The notes beneath the pieces were generated by a model. The model made no database searches. It saw only the letters and a program-made list of their open reading frames with translations, and was not told the origin of the DNA. From positions 1-55,115 of the forward strand of contig MQRK01211111.1 in NCBI GenBank assembly GCA_001938485.1: a stretch of DNA of 55,115 nucleotides. Direction: 5' to 3'. Position 1 is the stretch's first letter; the number at the start of each line of letters is the position of its first letter. The DNA comes from Girardia tigrina. Its lineage: Eukaryota. Below are positions 12,601 through 23,867 of the stretch, in pieces. A program made the position numbers and the translations under genes.

Positions 12601-14084
12601 ATTCTCTTATTTATATTTATAAAATGAAATGAATAATATAAGTATTTTAAACTGCCACATGCAACTAATCAAATATTTTGTAATCAGCATAAATTACCGT
12701 CTGTTTTTAGAGAGTTTTTATCGACAATAAAAACAAACAAAAATAAATTGAGGATGAAAATTAAATGTTTGAAAATAAAAAATATTGAGATTTGATAATC
12801 TCTACGGAAAATAAAAGAAAAAGAAGACGTATCTGTGCTGTTTGTCTTTCAGTATTGAAAAGTTGGGTCGCGATGTATGACTTGCAAAACAGTATAATTC
12901 AACTACATAATAAATTATTTATTTTTTATAAAGTAATTATGAAACAATAATTATCACAAAAATATATAACGAAAAAATAAAAATATAAAAATTAAAGAAT
13001 AAAACTGCTTTTGGGAAGTGCTTCCGCTTTTCCCTTTATAAATTATTATCCACTTTTCCAAGAAATGATTTTCGAGAACATTTCTGTTTTTCTTCAAGAA
13101 AAAATAAAAAAAAATTATTTAATTTTTTAAATGATTATTATCTGAAACTTTTTTATATAATTATGAATACATTTTGCCCTTCTATTTCTGATAATGATTC
13201 CGAACTTCCGTATTTAATGAAGGAAATTTATGAATCTCAGTTTTGGAGACCTTACAAATATCCCCATCATGTTATGGCAATGCATCCCTATTCTTTACCT
13301 CTGATCATTCTTTTTAAAGAAAATAAATGTTTTCAACAATTAATATTAATAAAATGTTTAAATATGTAAGGAAAGAGAAAAAGACCTGAAAATAAATCTA
13401 AAAACTTATATGGACTTAAATATATAAATATAAATAAACTTATCTTCAAGAACAATCATAATTTTGAACCTCAAGGAAGCTGTAATAGCATATTTAAAGT
13501 ATATAGCTGAGAAAGATGAACTTTAAATACTCATATTTAATGTAGACCATATAAGTAAGTCATTGCTATTTTAACAATACTCGGTTACCAGACGTCTTTT
13601 ACTGCGGATTATGATAACAACTATTTATAAATACTATAAATTATAATAATTATTATTGATGTATAATAAAAAATAAATAAATAATAAAAAATAAATATCG
13701 AAACTGAGAATACACTGATTCAGGAAGTTTGTTTAAAAACATGATAAAAACATAGAAATACAGAAAAAGAAAAAAAGGAAACCTACAAAAACAAACACAG
13801 ATGTTAGCAACCAGAAAAGAAATTGAAAGTCAAGTTAAGTCAACGATACCAATAACTCAGACGTAGGATCAACGGTAAAATAATTGGGATCAATTATAAA
13901 ATAATTGGGATCATCTACAGGCTTACGCAGTTACCTATGGTATTTTAGATGAGTTCAAAGAGAATAAGGTATTTAGGTTGACGTTAACTTGCCTCTCAAC
14001 ATATTTGGTTTGCTTTTTGATCTATTCTGGCCCTTTTTGTTTCCATGTTTCAGAAAGGAAACTGCGTGAATAAAAGCCATGTTC

Positions 14085-14640
14085 AAATATCTGAACAAGT
14101 CATGGGCGAGTCATGTTTCCATTTTCTGGTATCGCAAATGGATTTTCCGTATGAACTTAACAGATAAAGGCATCACCATCAGCGGTGCCTATTACAGCAA
14201 ACTCGTGGCAAACGCCAGAAAGAATAGACAGAAACAGAAGAACACGTCACTGTGGTTTCTCCACGATAATACAGTGGTTATTTCTCGGTCCATAATTGAA
14301 GGTGTTGGACTTGTGCTTGTGAATCATACGCCGTACATCTAGATTTTGCACCGAGCGATTTCACTTCTTTAGATACCTAAATACGCATTTTAGAGACAAC
14401 CAGTTTGAATCCAAGGACAATTTGATGTTTGTTGTAAATGATTTCGTAGCCACATGGTTCCAAAATATTTAAAAAATGCGTTTACTGAGTTGATATTTCG
14501 TTAGCGGAAATGTGTGAAGCGAAATGAACATTATCTTGAAAAATGATGCTTACCTACGTTAAGCTTGTTGCGTTATAAAAATGGCTCTTTTGGGAATACA
14601 TTTTCTTTCTCAGGCCGGGTACTTACTTTATGCACCACTC
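14085..14640 (+). mobile_element. Mariner (DD34D) transposon 3' fossil
   Basis: Translation gives DKGITISGAYYSKL...WFLHDN...VNHTPYI*DFAPSDF...F...RKCVKRNEHYLEK*. A mariner-like TIR (TCAGGCCGGGTACTTACTT...CACCACTC) ends at about 14640. Confidence 0.85.
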
Positions 14641-16133
14641 AAATGAATATATTACTAAATGAATTTATAGCATTAAAACAACAAATATCAATGGAAAATA
14701 ATATTAAAATACATTCCGTAAATTGTAATTTTATTTATTTTCATTTCATTGAAAACATTAACAAATGTAAAAATGTCAATTATTTGAAAATTTCAGAAAA
14801 TGATAAAAATATTTTAGGATTTAATAATTGAAAAAAGAAAACATTTTCCAGAAATTAATTTGTCATTTAACGACGAGTTTTCCTCACAGGAGGATGAAAG
14901 AAGGAATTTGTCACATGTTGTAATTAATACGCCATCTTTGGTTTGGGTGTCGGGCATTATTTTATACGAAAATATAAAATATAACGAGAAAATATTTATT
15001 AATTTAATTTTCTTTTAATGTGTTAAAGAATTTCTCGTTTCGTTTGTACGGAAAGAAATTTAAAGTAAATAATACAGAGCGATTGAAACATAAAACAAAA
15101 AGTGAATAATTTATTGAAACAAGAGTTGTATTAAATGAATGAATGTGCGATTGTAAATTTTTTATACGTGTCATATTTTTATGGTTCGAGCTTTAGAAAT
15201 AAATATACTCTTTCTAATCAGATTAGGATTACACTATCAACTTTCACGTACTTGCTCCAAATATTGCTCTAATTCCGTCTAAATTCATCTAATTGTTATT
15301 TTCGACTGGTCAATTTCATTGGTGATACCTTTCTTCGTTATAAGTGTGAGCATCAATATTTATGGGTTTTTATTAAATTTTTAATTTTTACGACGAATAT
15401 CAATAGTACAAAATAACATTTCCGATTAATAACATTAATAATAACAATAGTAAAACATAACATTCGGGGATACTTTTATGGGATTTTAAGAATTTCAATA
15501 AAATATAATATGTCAGCTTAATATTACAACTCAAGAAGGCAGAAATTATATAAATTTGCATATAATTTATAATATATCTTAAATATAATTTTTAACATAA
15601 AAATTCACTGCGACTTCATCTTAATTTCAAAGGAAATTTTAAAAAAACTACCTAAAATTTTGTTCATTTCTATTTACTGATTTCTTTTTACCAGTAATTT
15701 AGTCCATGTTATAATATTTATTTACACAGTAGAAGAAAAATTAATATTCGAATGAGCATATAAGATTTCTGATTTTTACAAGGAAAAAGACATAAAAACA
15801 CAATAACATATGTTCATTTATTTATATTTCATTCATTTTGTAGCTAATATATAAATTTACCTGCATTGTACATTAGTATTATCATGACCAATAATGATAA
15901 TTATGATTGCATAATTTTGAAATGATAGATTTTACCAATTGTTTAGCTATTCACATAACAAATAACGCTGCACACAAAATAACATTTGTTTCATCATGAA
16001 AGCTTTTATGGCTTGGTACCAAGAAGATATATTTATTCACATGGAAATAACCAATTACTGAGTATGAAACAGGTCATTTTCACAGTAATCCTGAGAAACA
16101 AAATCATATTTCATTTATTTACTTGTTTCTGAA

Positions 16134-16515
16134 ATGGGAGAGAAGAAAGATACTACAGAGTCTCAAAAGACTGCTTTCTTGCTCTTCTTATAGGAGGCAG
16201 ACATTCAATTGGTGAAATCGCAGATCACATTGGAGTGTGTAAAAGGACCGTCCAGCGTATCAAGAAACATGATACTTCCAGTACTTCTCGAAAAGGGTGA
16301 TGTTGACGTAAACATCCTTGCAGAAAGACCGCCAAATTCGTCGGCTTCTGCTGCATAACCCCCAGGCAACTTCATATCAATTGACTGGTGCTATTCAAAT
16401 CACAGTAGTGTCAAGTGTGTCCTACAAAACAGTACAACGTAGACTAAAGGAACAAGGAGTTATGAGTGTAAAACCAGTTCCTAACCCTTTACTAACTGCT
16501 GCAATGCGCAAGAAA
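16134..16515 (+). mobile_element. Tc1-like transposase N-terminal (paired-like HTH) fossil
   Basis: MGEKKDTTESQK...GRHSIGEIADHIGVCKRTVQRIKK...SRKG*C*RK...DRQIRRLLLHNPQATSYQL...VSYKTVQRRLKEQGVMSVKPVPNPLLTAAMRKK. Confidence 0.8.
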
Positions 16516-16619
16516 CTCTTTCTAAATGAACTATTCATCATTGAAATGAAATGAAAAATATTTCGTACTAAAGCTCAGCTTGTTCTTGGAACCTGCGTTT
16601 TTCCCCATCTACGGTAGAT

Positions 16620-17165
16620 CGAATAGTTTCATCAAATTGTACATTTGTGAATAAATATGACTTCATAAAACATGAAAAATTTACTGTAAAGTGAGATAAA
16701 GATATTATGATCAAGGAAACGTCAGCATAATAATATGCATAAGAAAAAACAAACAGAAAAAAATATTAAGTTGATGCTAGATAGGTTACATGCTATAAAA
16801 TCAAGATAATGTCGATAATGGTAATGTAGTGTCCGTAATAACCAAATTAAGAAATTACCTTATACTGAAATTAGAAAGTGACACTTTATACAAGTTTAAT
16901 TGGAGAGACAAATCGTCATCTCAAAACACGGATTAGTGAAAAATCACAGTCGTGTATTTCGAGTAAGGTTCTTGATCACTGCAAATGTTCCAAAGGTCGA
17001 ACTTCATCATTTTCAAAAGAAACATTTTCTATTCTTCAGAAGAATTTTAATTAGCATCATGATGCATTATATTGTAAATCATTGCATATAAGATATTATA
17101 ACCAGTTTATTAACATCCAAAATGGGAAAAGAAAGTAGTCTCAATATTAAATATTATTTTAATAA
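16620..17165 (+). mobile_element. Penelope-like element fragment (internally deleted; GIY-YIG remnant)
   Basis: IGETNRHLKTRISEK...VLDH...TFSILQKNF...ALYCKSLHIRYYNQFINIQ at about 16899-17125. Confidence 0.75.
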
Positions 17166-17189
17166 AATAAAATAGTAACCAATAAAATT

Positions 17190-17615
17190 TAATAACAACA
17201 CTCATCCATTTAAAAATGTATTTTAAGACAATATATTTCGACGGATCTACCGTCATCTTCAGGTCACTAATTAATAATCGATTCACCTGTGTATAAATAC
17301 AAAAATGATGATTGTGTAATCGATTTCATGAAATCACGCTAATCAAAAATTCTCAATAAGCTGGTTGAGACTGCCGATTGAACATTGATTTTAGGGCAAC
17401 GTGACCTAATTAACAATGCTTCATACGACCTTCTCAAAATAACTGTCAAAATGCTCACAGAATTTTGAAATTATCAAAATTAACATCACAATTACATTTG
17501 TTCCTATGTTCTGCAATATTACTCTTACTCACTTTTCGAACATGTTCTTGAATTCTTGAAACTACTAAAATAAAAATATTAACACATTGAGGACGGTGAT
17601 ATTCATATGTAATAC
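17190..17615 (-). mobile_element. Penelope-like element 3' fragment with intact hammerhead
   Basis: RIQEHVRKVSKSNIAEHRNKCNCDVNFDNFKIL...YEALLIRSRCPKINVQSAVSTSLLRIFD*, the same family as 12043-12414. Lies tail-to-tail with the 16620-17165 fragment. Confidence 0.85.
17227..17265 (-). ncRNA. Minimal type I hammerhead ribozyme, core intact
   Basis: GAC-CTGAAGA-T-GACGG-TAGAT-CCGTC-GAAA-TATA-TT-GTC: stem I GAC/GTC, perfect 5-bp stem II, palindromic stem III (AATATATT), UH cleavage triplet. Confidence 0.85.
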
Positions 17616-17619
17616 TCAT

Positions 17620-17662
17620 ATGACGCAGATGTCTGCGTCATGTCACACTCAAAGTGTTTAAT
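17620..17662. mobile_element. Palindrome with piggyBac-like terminal sequence
   Basis: ATGACGCAGA-TG-TCTGCGTCAT perfect 10-bp inverted repeat, followed by CACTCAAAGTGTTTAA, resembling a degenerate ...AAAGGG|TTAA piggyBac end. Confidence 0.35.
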
Positions 17663-18600
17663 TAAATTGCAACAAAAATAAAGTTATGAAGATGATTAAA
17701 GATTGTGATCAAAATATGTCAAACGTTGATTGTTTAAAAAATGCTTTAACAAATATCTACTCTAAATATATATAAATATATTAAAACAAAGAACTGCAGC
17801 TTGAATAAAACTGATGAAAAACATTTCCTATGGAAAATAATATATAAATAAAATAAATTAGTTGTCTACAACATCTAAGAAAGAAATCAAAGAGATATTG
17901 CTGACTCTAAGTCAAGCAAAAGTAAGTGGATTTACGCAGTATTATTAATTAATATTTAGATAATAATAAATGTTTATGTGAAATAATGTATAAATTATTC
18001 ACTGGCACCATCTTTATTCGCATACTTCTCTTAATTGTTTTCGCCATTGATTTAAACAAAACTGATTTTTATTCCGAAACAGACATAGCAAATGAAGGTG
18101 TCCATTGCAATTGATGATTTGCGAATTCGGTATACAGTTTCAATTTATTAGCCAGAACAAGCTTTACAGATTTTCAATAAAAAGGTGAAAAAAATAATTA
18201 AAATGATTTATTTTATATTTAAATTTGTGTTATTTATTTAATTTTAATTAAAATTCGTTAAAGAAAATGAAGGCCATTTTATTTTGAAAAATAAAGTTTC
18301 GTAAAAATAAATCCTAAATTTTGTTAGGTATTTATTTATATTTTTCTTAATAAATGATATATTTAAAATAAAAAAAATCTACAAAAACACAATCATATTT
18401 TTGTTTTAAATAATAAAAAAGAACGCAAACAAAATATTTAATATGCTAAATTCAATAACTTTTTAGACATTATCTTATTTTTAAAATTTAGCCTACTAAT
18501 ACTTTCATAAATATAAATTTTATCAGACTATTAATTGCAATAAAATATTATGCTTGAATAATTCGTTAACAAAAATTTAATAACAGACAAAATTGGAACC

Positions 18601-18676
18601 GGGTGTGAATCACCATTCTAAGATCAGCATACTCAAATCAACATACCACATACACACATTTTAAATATTCCTCACA
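18601..18676 (+). repeat. Short dispersed repeat family, copy A
   Basis: GGGTG..AATCACCATTCTAA...CATACT.AAATCAACATAC...AAATATTCCTCACA, shared with 27212-27314. Confidence 0.7.
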
Positions 18677-19705
18677 TCAGCAGTAGATTTTACAAAAAAT
18701 GTATATTTCTAACATTATATGATAATTTGGTATATACTATTATTCTTCTGATACTTTCTTTTGTGGTCTTGTTCTCTTACGTATTTGTTAACTTTATATA
18801 ATAAATCTCATTTTCCCATTTTTAATAGAATACGACTAAAAAATTAAAATTTTCAGGAAATACTTTAAACTTGTTCTTCAATAAATTAAAGATTTTATCT
18901 GTATGAAAAAGACAAAAGAAGTGAAACATGGAAATTTTACACATTAATATATTTTATATTAATAAAACACTAAACAAATTATTACGAAAACCATCGCTTC
19001 AGAAATGTAATTATAAAATTACTGAGTTTATTATTCATTTATTTTCTTTTTATTCGAAGATTTTAATTGCATTTAAACGAAATTTAACAATAATTAATTA
19101 AAGATTTTCATTTATAATTATTGATTAATTAAAATTTGTTATTCTCAGAATTTTATTTTCCATTTTTATTTTCAAAATGAATCACTTTTAAATAATACAA
19201 TAAATTAAAAATATTGAAGAAAATAAGGGAAAAATAATATTTTATTAGTTTTAATAAATTAAAAAAATGAAAAATATATTATAAATATTTTACTTCAAAT
19301 GATTATTTCAAAAATATCCTTAATAATTTGTATATTATTCTAATAATGTCCTTTAAAATGTTTTATGTTGAATAAAAATTTTTTTTAATATTGGTAAAAC
19401 AATATATAATATAATATTTATAATATTTACTAATAAATACTTATAAAAGAACCCAAAAAACTTAACAAGTAAACATTATTGCAAAGAACATTTATGACAT
19501 AATAAACACAAAATAAATACAAAATATTGTTAAAGATAACAAAAAATATTCAAAATTTTAAAACTTGAAGTTAAAAAAATGCTGTTTCAATTTTTTGAAA
19601 TCAGATCAAATCTTATTTATCAAAGATCTACTTTTAATGTAACAAGCCGAAACAAGTAGAAAAAATTATCATTTCTCTTTTGCAAAAGAAAACCTTTGAA
19701 ATAAT

Positions 19706-19924
19706 TTTTAAAATTTTGAAAAAAAATTCCTAAATGATAACTAAAAATAGTTAAATAATATTTTAATTAATATTTTAATTAATATTTTAATATTTTAATA
19801 TTAAATAATAAAAAAAAATTTTTATAAAAACAACCACGTTTTTCAAGCATTACCAATGCACTAAAAAGAGGAAAATAATTTTTTTTCTAGACATGTGCGA
19901 AATTTTATACCTAACCAAAAACGT
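19706..19924 (+). mobile_element. HINE-like non-autonomous element, 3' part (truncated by gap)
   Basis: Inverted near-identical copy of 19975-20078. Contains ACCACGTTTTT and, at the gap edge, CCAAAAACGT, the inverse of the element's subterminal repeat. Confidence 0.55.
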
Positions 19925-19974
19925 NNNNNNNNNNNNNNNNNNNNNNNNNNNNNNNNNNNNNNNNNNNNNNNNNN
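19925..19974. other. Assembly gap (50 N)
   Basis: Run of N. Confidence 1.
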
Positions 19975-20226
19975 AATGCTTGAAAAACGTAGTTGTTTTT
20001 ATAAAAAATTTTTTTTATTAATAATATTATTTAACTATTTTTAGTTATCATTTAGGAATTTTTTTTTTCAAAATTTTTTTTATCAAATTGTATTTTCATC
20101 GGAACCAAGCCTGTATAAAAAAAATCAGCTNAATTGGATGACTGAAAGTGGTCGAAAAATCAATCGCAAGATTTGTTCCAGACAGACAAACAGACAAGAA
20201 AGCAAGCTAATAAAAACGTGGTAAAA
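19975..20226 (-). mobile_element. HINE-like non-autonomous element, 5' part
   Basis: Minus strand starts TTTTTACCACGTTTTTATTAGCTTGCTTTCTTGTCTGTTTGTCTGTCTGG (T-rich target, subterminal repeat, GTYT microsatellite). A near-identical start recurs at 55075-55115. Confidence 0.6.
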
Positions 20227-22229
20227 AACAAACAGATTTAATTTGACCAGAATTTTATGGTTAACTTAATTAAAATTTTATATGAAGTCAAATATTTTCA
20301 ACTAATATATTTTTTATCTGAAAAATGAACAATAAAATATAATGAAATGATAATTATATGTATAAACGAAGTTATGAGAAATAAAATTATATCCGAGACC
20401 CTTGACCTTTGACAAGTAACATTTTATGATAAGTATTACAATTTTATTAATCAAATTTGCGATGAAAACGAATAATAAAATTTTTAAATTTTTTTCTATT
20501 TAAGAAAAATTAAAAAAAATATTTAAACTATAATTAATAAAATCGTTTACTTCAAAAAATATTAAAAACAAATTTTCCAAAGGATTTTCGTATTTTGGCA
20601 GAATATTCAACGATTTAAATTTTAATTAATTAAAGGAATTAAAATATTTATAAACAGGAATTAAATTTACTTCGTCATTATTTTACAAAATGATTCAAGC
20701 GCAAATTATGAATTAATTTGTGAATAATATTTTTTTTCTTTTTTCAATGGGAAAAGATTTTAATAATAACAAAGTGAAATAAATGCCATTTGTTAATTGT
20801 ATATTTCCACAGATAAACTTTGCCATAATTTGCCTTTTAAATCGGCTTGGATGTTAAATTTAACTTTGTGGATTATTCCTTTGTCGGATCCTCGATTTTA
20901 TATATTTTACTTTACTATCTACGTCCTAAGGTTTTGTAGACTCCCTTAAATTGTTTATTATTATTAACTCTTTCCTAGCTGAATTAAAAATCATTAAATA
21001 ACTTTCTGAAATTTTCAAGTGATAAAAACAAAAGAGCAGTTGAAAAAAACGTGTAAAAATAATTTCTATTTAAAAGAGAAATCTTCCTTATCAATCAGGA
21101 ATAAAAATGCTGTTCGTATTTTTCAATAGAATCCTATTGTAGAGTGTATTTCCCACATTTGTATACAACGTTAATTATTATCTCTACTATATTGTAAATT
21201 TACTTCTTGCTATATTTAATCATCTTATTATTATTATTACTTCGTGATTTATATTATATTTATATAGGTATTAAATAATTCATATTATTATTTTTTAATT
21301 AATTCTATTAATATACGCCGCTAGGCGATAATAGAATATTTAAATGTATATTTAAATTATATTGATCGACGTATAAGGCGATAATTATTTATTATAAACA
21401 AATTATTAATTTGATCTGGAAGCCAATACTATTGTTTCAAAACTTCCTTACATTACTATCTCAGCCGGTTACAATTCCAATCATTTATATCGTTACGACG
21501 GTGTCACAAGTGAATCTATAGACGGTATTCTTCAATTACCAAGACTATTCGGATCTATTGTTTCAAATAATAAAAGAAAAAGAAGAAAAGACCAATTCGT
21601 TTCTACAAAGTAATTTTCAGGCTATATTTCTCTCCCTGACTGATCAATTTTCTTGTTGTATTTGGTGATCAAAATAATACCTTCTTTATCTTTTTTCCGT
21701 TTAAATTAATGTTAATACTATAGATATAGATTAATTAAAGATTGTTTATTATACATCTATATTTTTTTTATTTTAGAAGAATTTCAAGAAGTTTCAAACA
21801 TGCAAATTCAAAACATGGTTCTTTCGAGTAATCAGAAGAAGCAAGACATTAACTGTTTGTCGTCATCCATCCACCATTAGTAAATAATGATGATAATACC
21901 TATTTCAACTTAGTAAAATAAAAAATATCCAAAGAGAAGAAGATTTATATCCATAGTTTCTCGTAATGATAACGAATGCTTATATGTAAACAAACATCTA
22001 CTTATTATTTTGATTAAAAAGTATATAATCAAATTTAGATGACTTGATTTTCAGATGAATGTTGTGTCTTCAACATAAAAAAGATAAGAGCTATGTAAAG
22101 CATTTTAAAGACTTTAGTTTCAACTATGTTTTGAAGCTACCAAGGAGACTCATCAAACATTTAGAGATGGTTATGATGGGTTAGTCTCAGCAGTATTTAC
22201 AATTTTTATGTAATTAGTAAGGAATTTTA

Positions 22230-23867
22230 AAAAGGAATTTTTAAGCCAAGGGGCTCCACCAGCAAAATTACGTTGGTTACCGAAAATTCTTAAAGATGGA
22301 ATCCCAATGCGCCCAGTTCTTTTAATGATAAATACTGCACAATATAATGTTGCTAAAACTTTGGAAAGATTATTGAAGCCATTAATTAATAATCCACTAG
22401 AATGTAAAGATAGTTTTGAGTTTGTGAACAATATCTTAAATTATAAAATCAAAACTAATAAGGAGGTCATGGCTTCATTTGACATAGTTAGCTTATTCAA
22501 TAACGTACCTCTAAATGAAATGTTTTGTTTATGTACTAAATTATGGGATGAATTAGTTCAAAATAAAGTGTCTTCAATGAGTAGTAAAGAAATGAAAGCA
22601 CTTTTAGAATTTAGTACAAAAATGTTCCATTTATTTTTAATAATGAATAATACATGCAAGTTGATGGAGTGGCAATAGGGTCTCCATTAGCACCTTTAAT
22701 GGCTTCAATATTTCTCCAAAGTTTGGAGAAAAATTCAATTGTTTTGAAGGAAACATGCCTTTGTTTTACACTAGATATGTTGATGATATTTTTTTGATTT
22801 TTGAAAATAAAAACCATGTAAATAATTTCTTACAATTTATGTATGAACTTCATCCAAATATGAGATTTACCAGTGAAATCGAATCAGCAGGCAAGATTTC
22901 ATTTTTGGATGTATTAATTGAAAGAAAATCGAAGGGCTATGAAACTGAAGTATTTCGAAAGAGTACTGACACGGGTTTATACAATAATCCTATGAGTTTC
23001 TGTGATCCCAAGTACAATAAAAATATGGTGAAAGGATTACTTCACAGAGGTTAGAATTTATCATCTACGTATTGTAGTGTGGATAAGGGTATTGTTGATC
23101 TTAAAAGTAGGTTAGGAAATAATGGGTACAATAAAAATTATTTAAATAATTCGATAAAAAATACAATTGACTCAATTCGTGAAAAATCTAATAATAAAAA
23201 TGAAAACATTATATATAATGATAGTAGTAATGTAATAAAAATAATAAATTTAAAATTACCATTTTCTTAAGGCGCGAGTGAATTGAGAAAAGGTCTAATG
23301 AAAAAGGTTCCTTCGGGTTTTCATTTGCGGGTGATCTTTATAACTAATAACCTATCGAGATATTTCTTAAATAAAAAAAACTCCATCGGGTGTCCAAGCT
23401 AATCGAGTATATCAATTTAAATGTCACAAGTGTGAATCCTTGTACATTGGAGAAACAAATCGTCATCTCCGCACTAGAATAGCTGAACACACCCAATTGA
23501 GTAGGAATAGATCGATTTTAGATCACATTAAAAATGCAAAAATAGAGATAAAGTTAACTATGAAACTGAATTTACAGTTTTGAAGAAAAATTTTGACACA
23601 TATCATGAGAGGATAGTCACTGAGGCATTATTAATAAAGCATTTAAAACCATGCTTAATGTTCAAAGTGAATTATCCAATCATATTAAAATCTTTTAATA
23701 TTAAAAAAAAGATTAATTGCGTAATAGTCAATGTGCCATATAAATGACTTGTAATTTGAAATTTACTGCACAGCTGAAGATGCCGTAATGGCGAAACATG
23801 TTTTGCAAAATAAAAAACTTTTAAAATGGCGTTTTTTCTTTATTTTCTTTAAAAATAAATTGCCATT
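22230..23867 (+). mobile_element. Penelope-like retroelement, 5'-truncated, RT + GIY-YIG with frameshifts and stops
   Basis: RT motifs: LPKILKDGIPMRPV, MASFDIVSLFNNVPL, QVDGVAIGSPLAP, YTRYVDDIF, LHPNMRFTSE..ISFLDV. Endonuclease motifs: VYQFKCHKCESLYIGETNRHLRTRIAEH, ERIVTEALLIKHLKP. 3' tail carries a hammerhead. Confidence 0.95.
23767..23807 (+). ncRNA. Minimal type I hammerhead ribozyme in PLE 3' tail
   Basis: CAG-CTGAAGA-T-GCC-GTAAT-GGC-GAAA-CATG-TT-TTG: intact core, 3-bp stem II, palindromic stem III AACATGTT, short stem I (CAG/TTG with a G-U pair). Confidence 0.8.

Noticed and set aside
13163-13369. 68-aa ORF with FWRPY (Groucho-binding-like) motif
   Set aside because: A four-residue motif alone is insufficient, and there is no splice or homology support.
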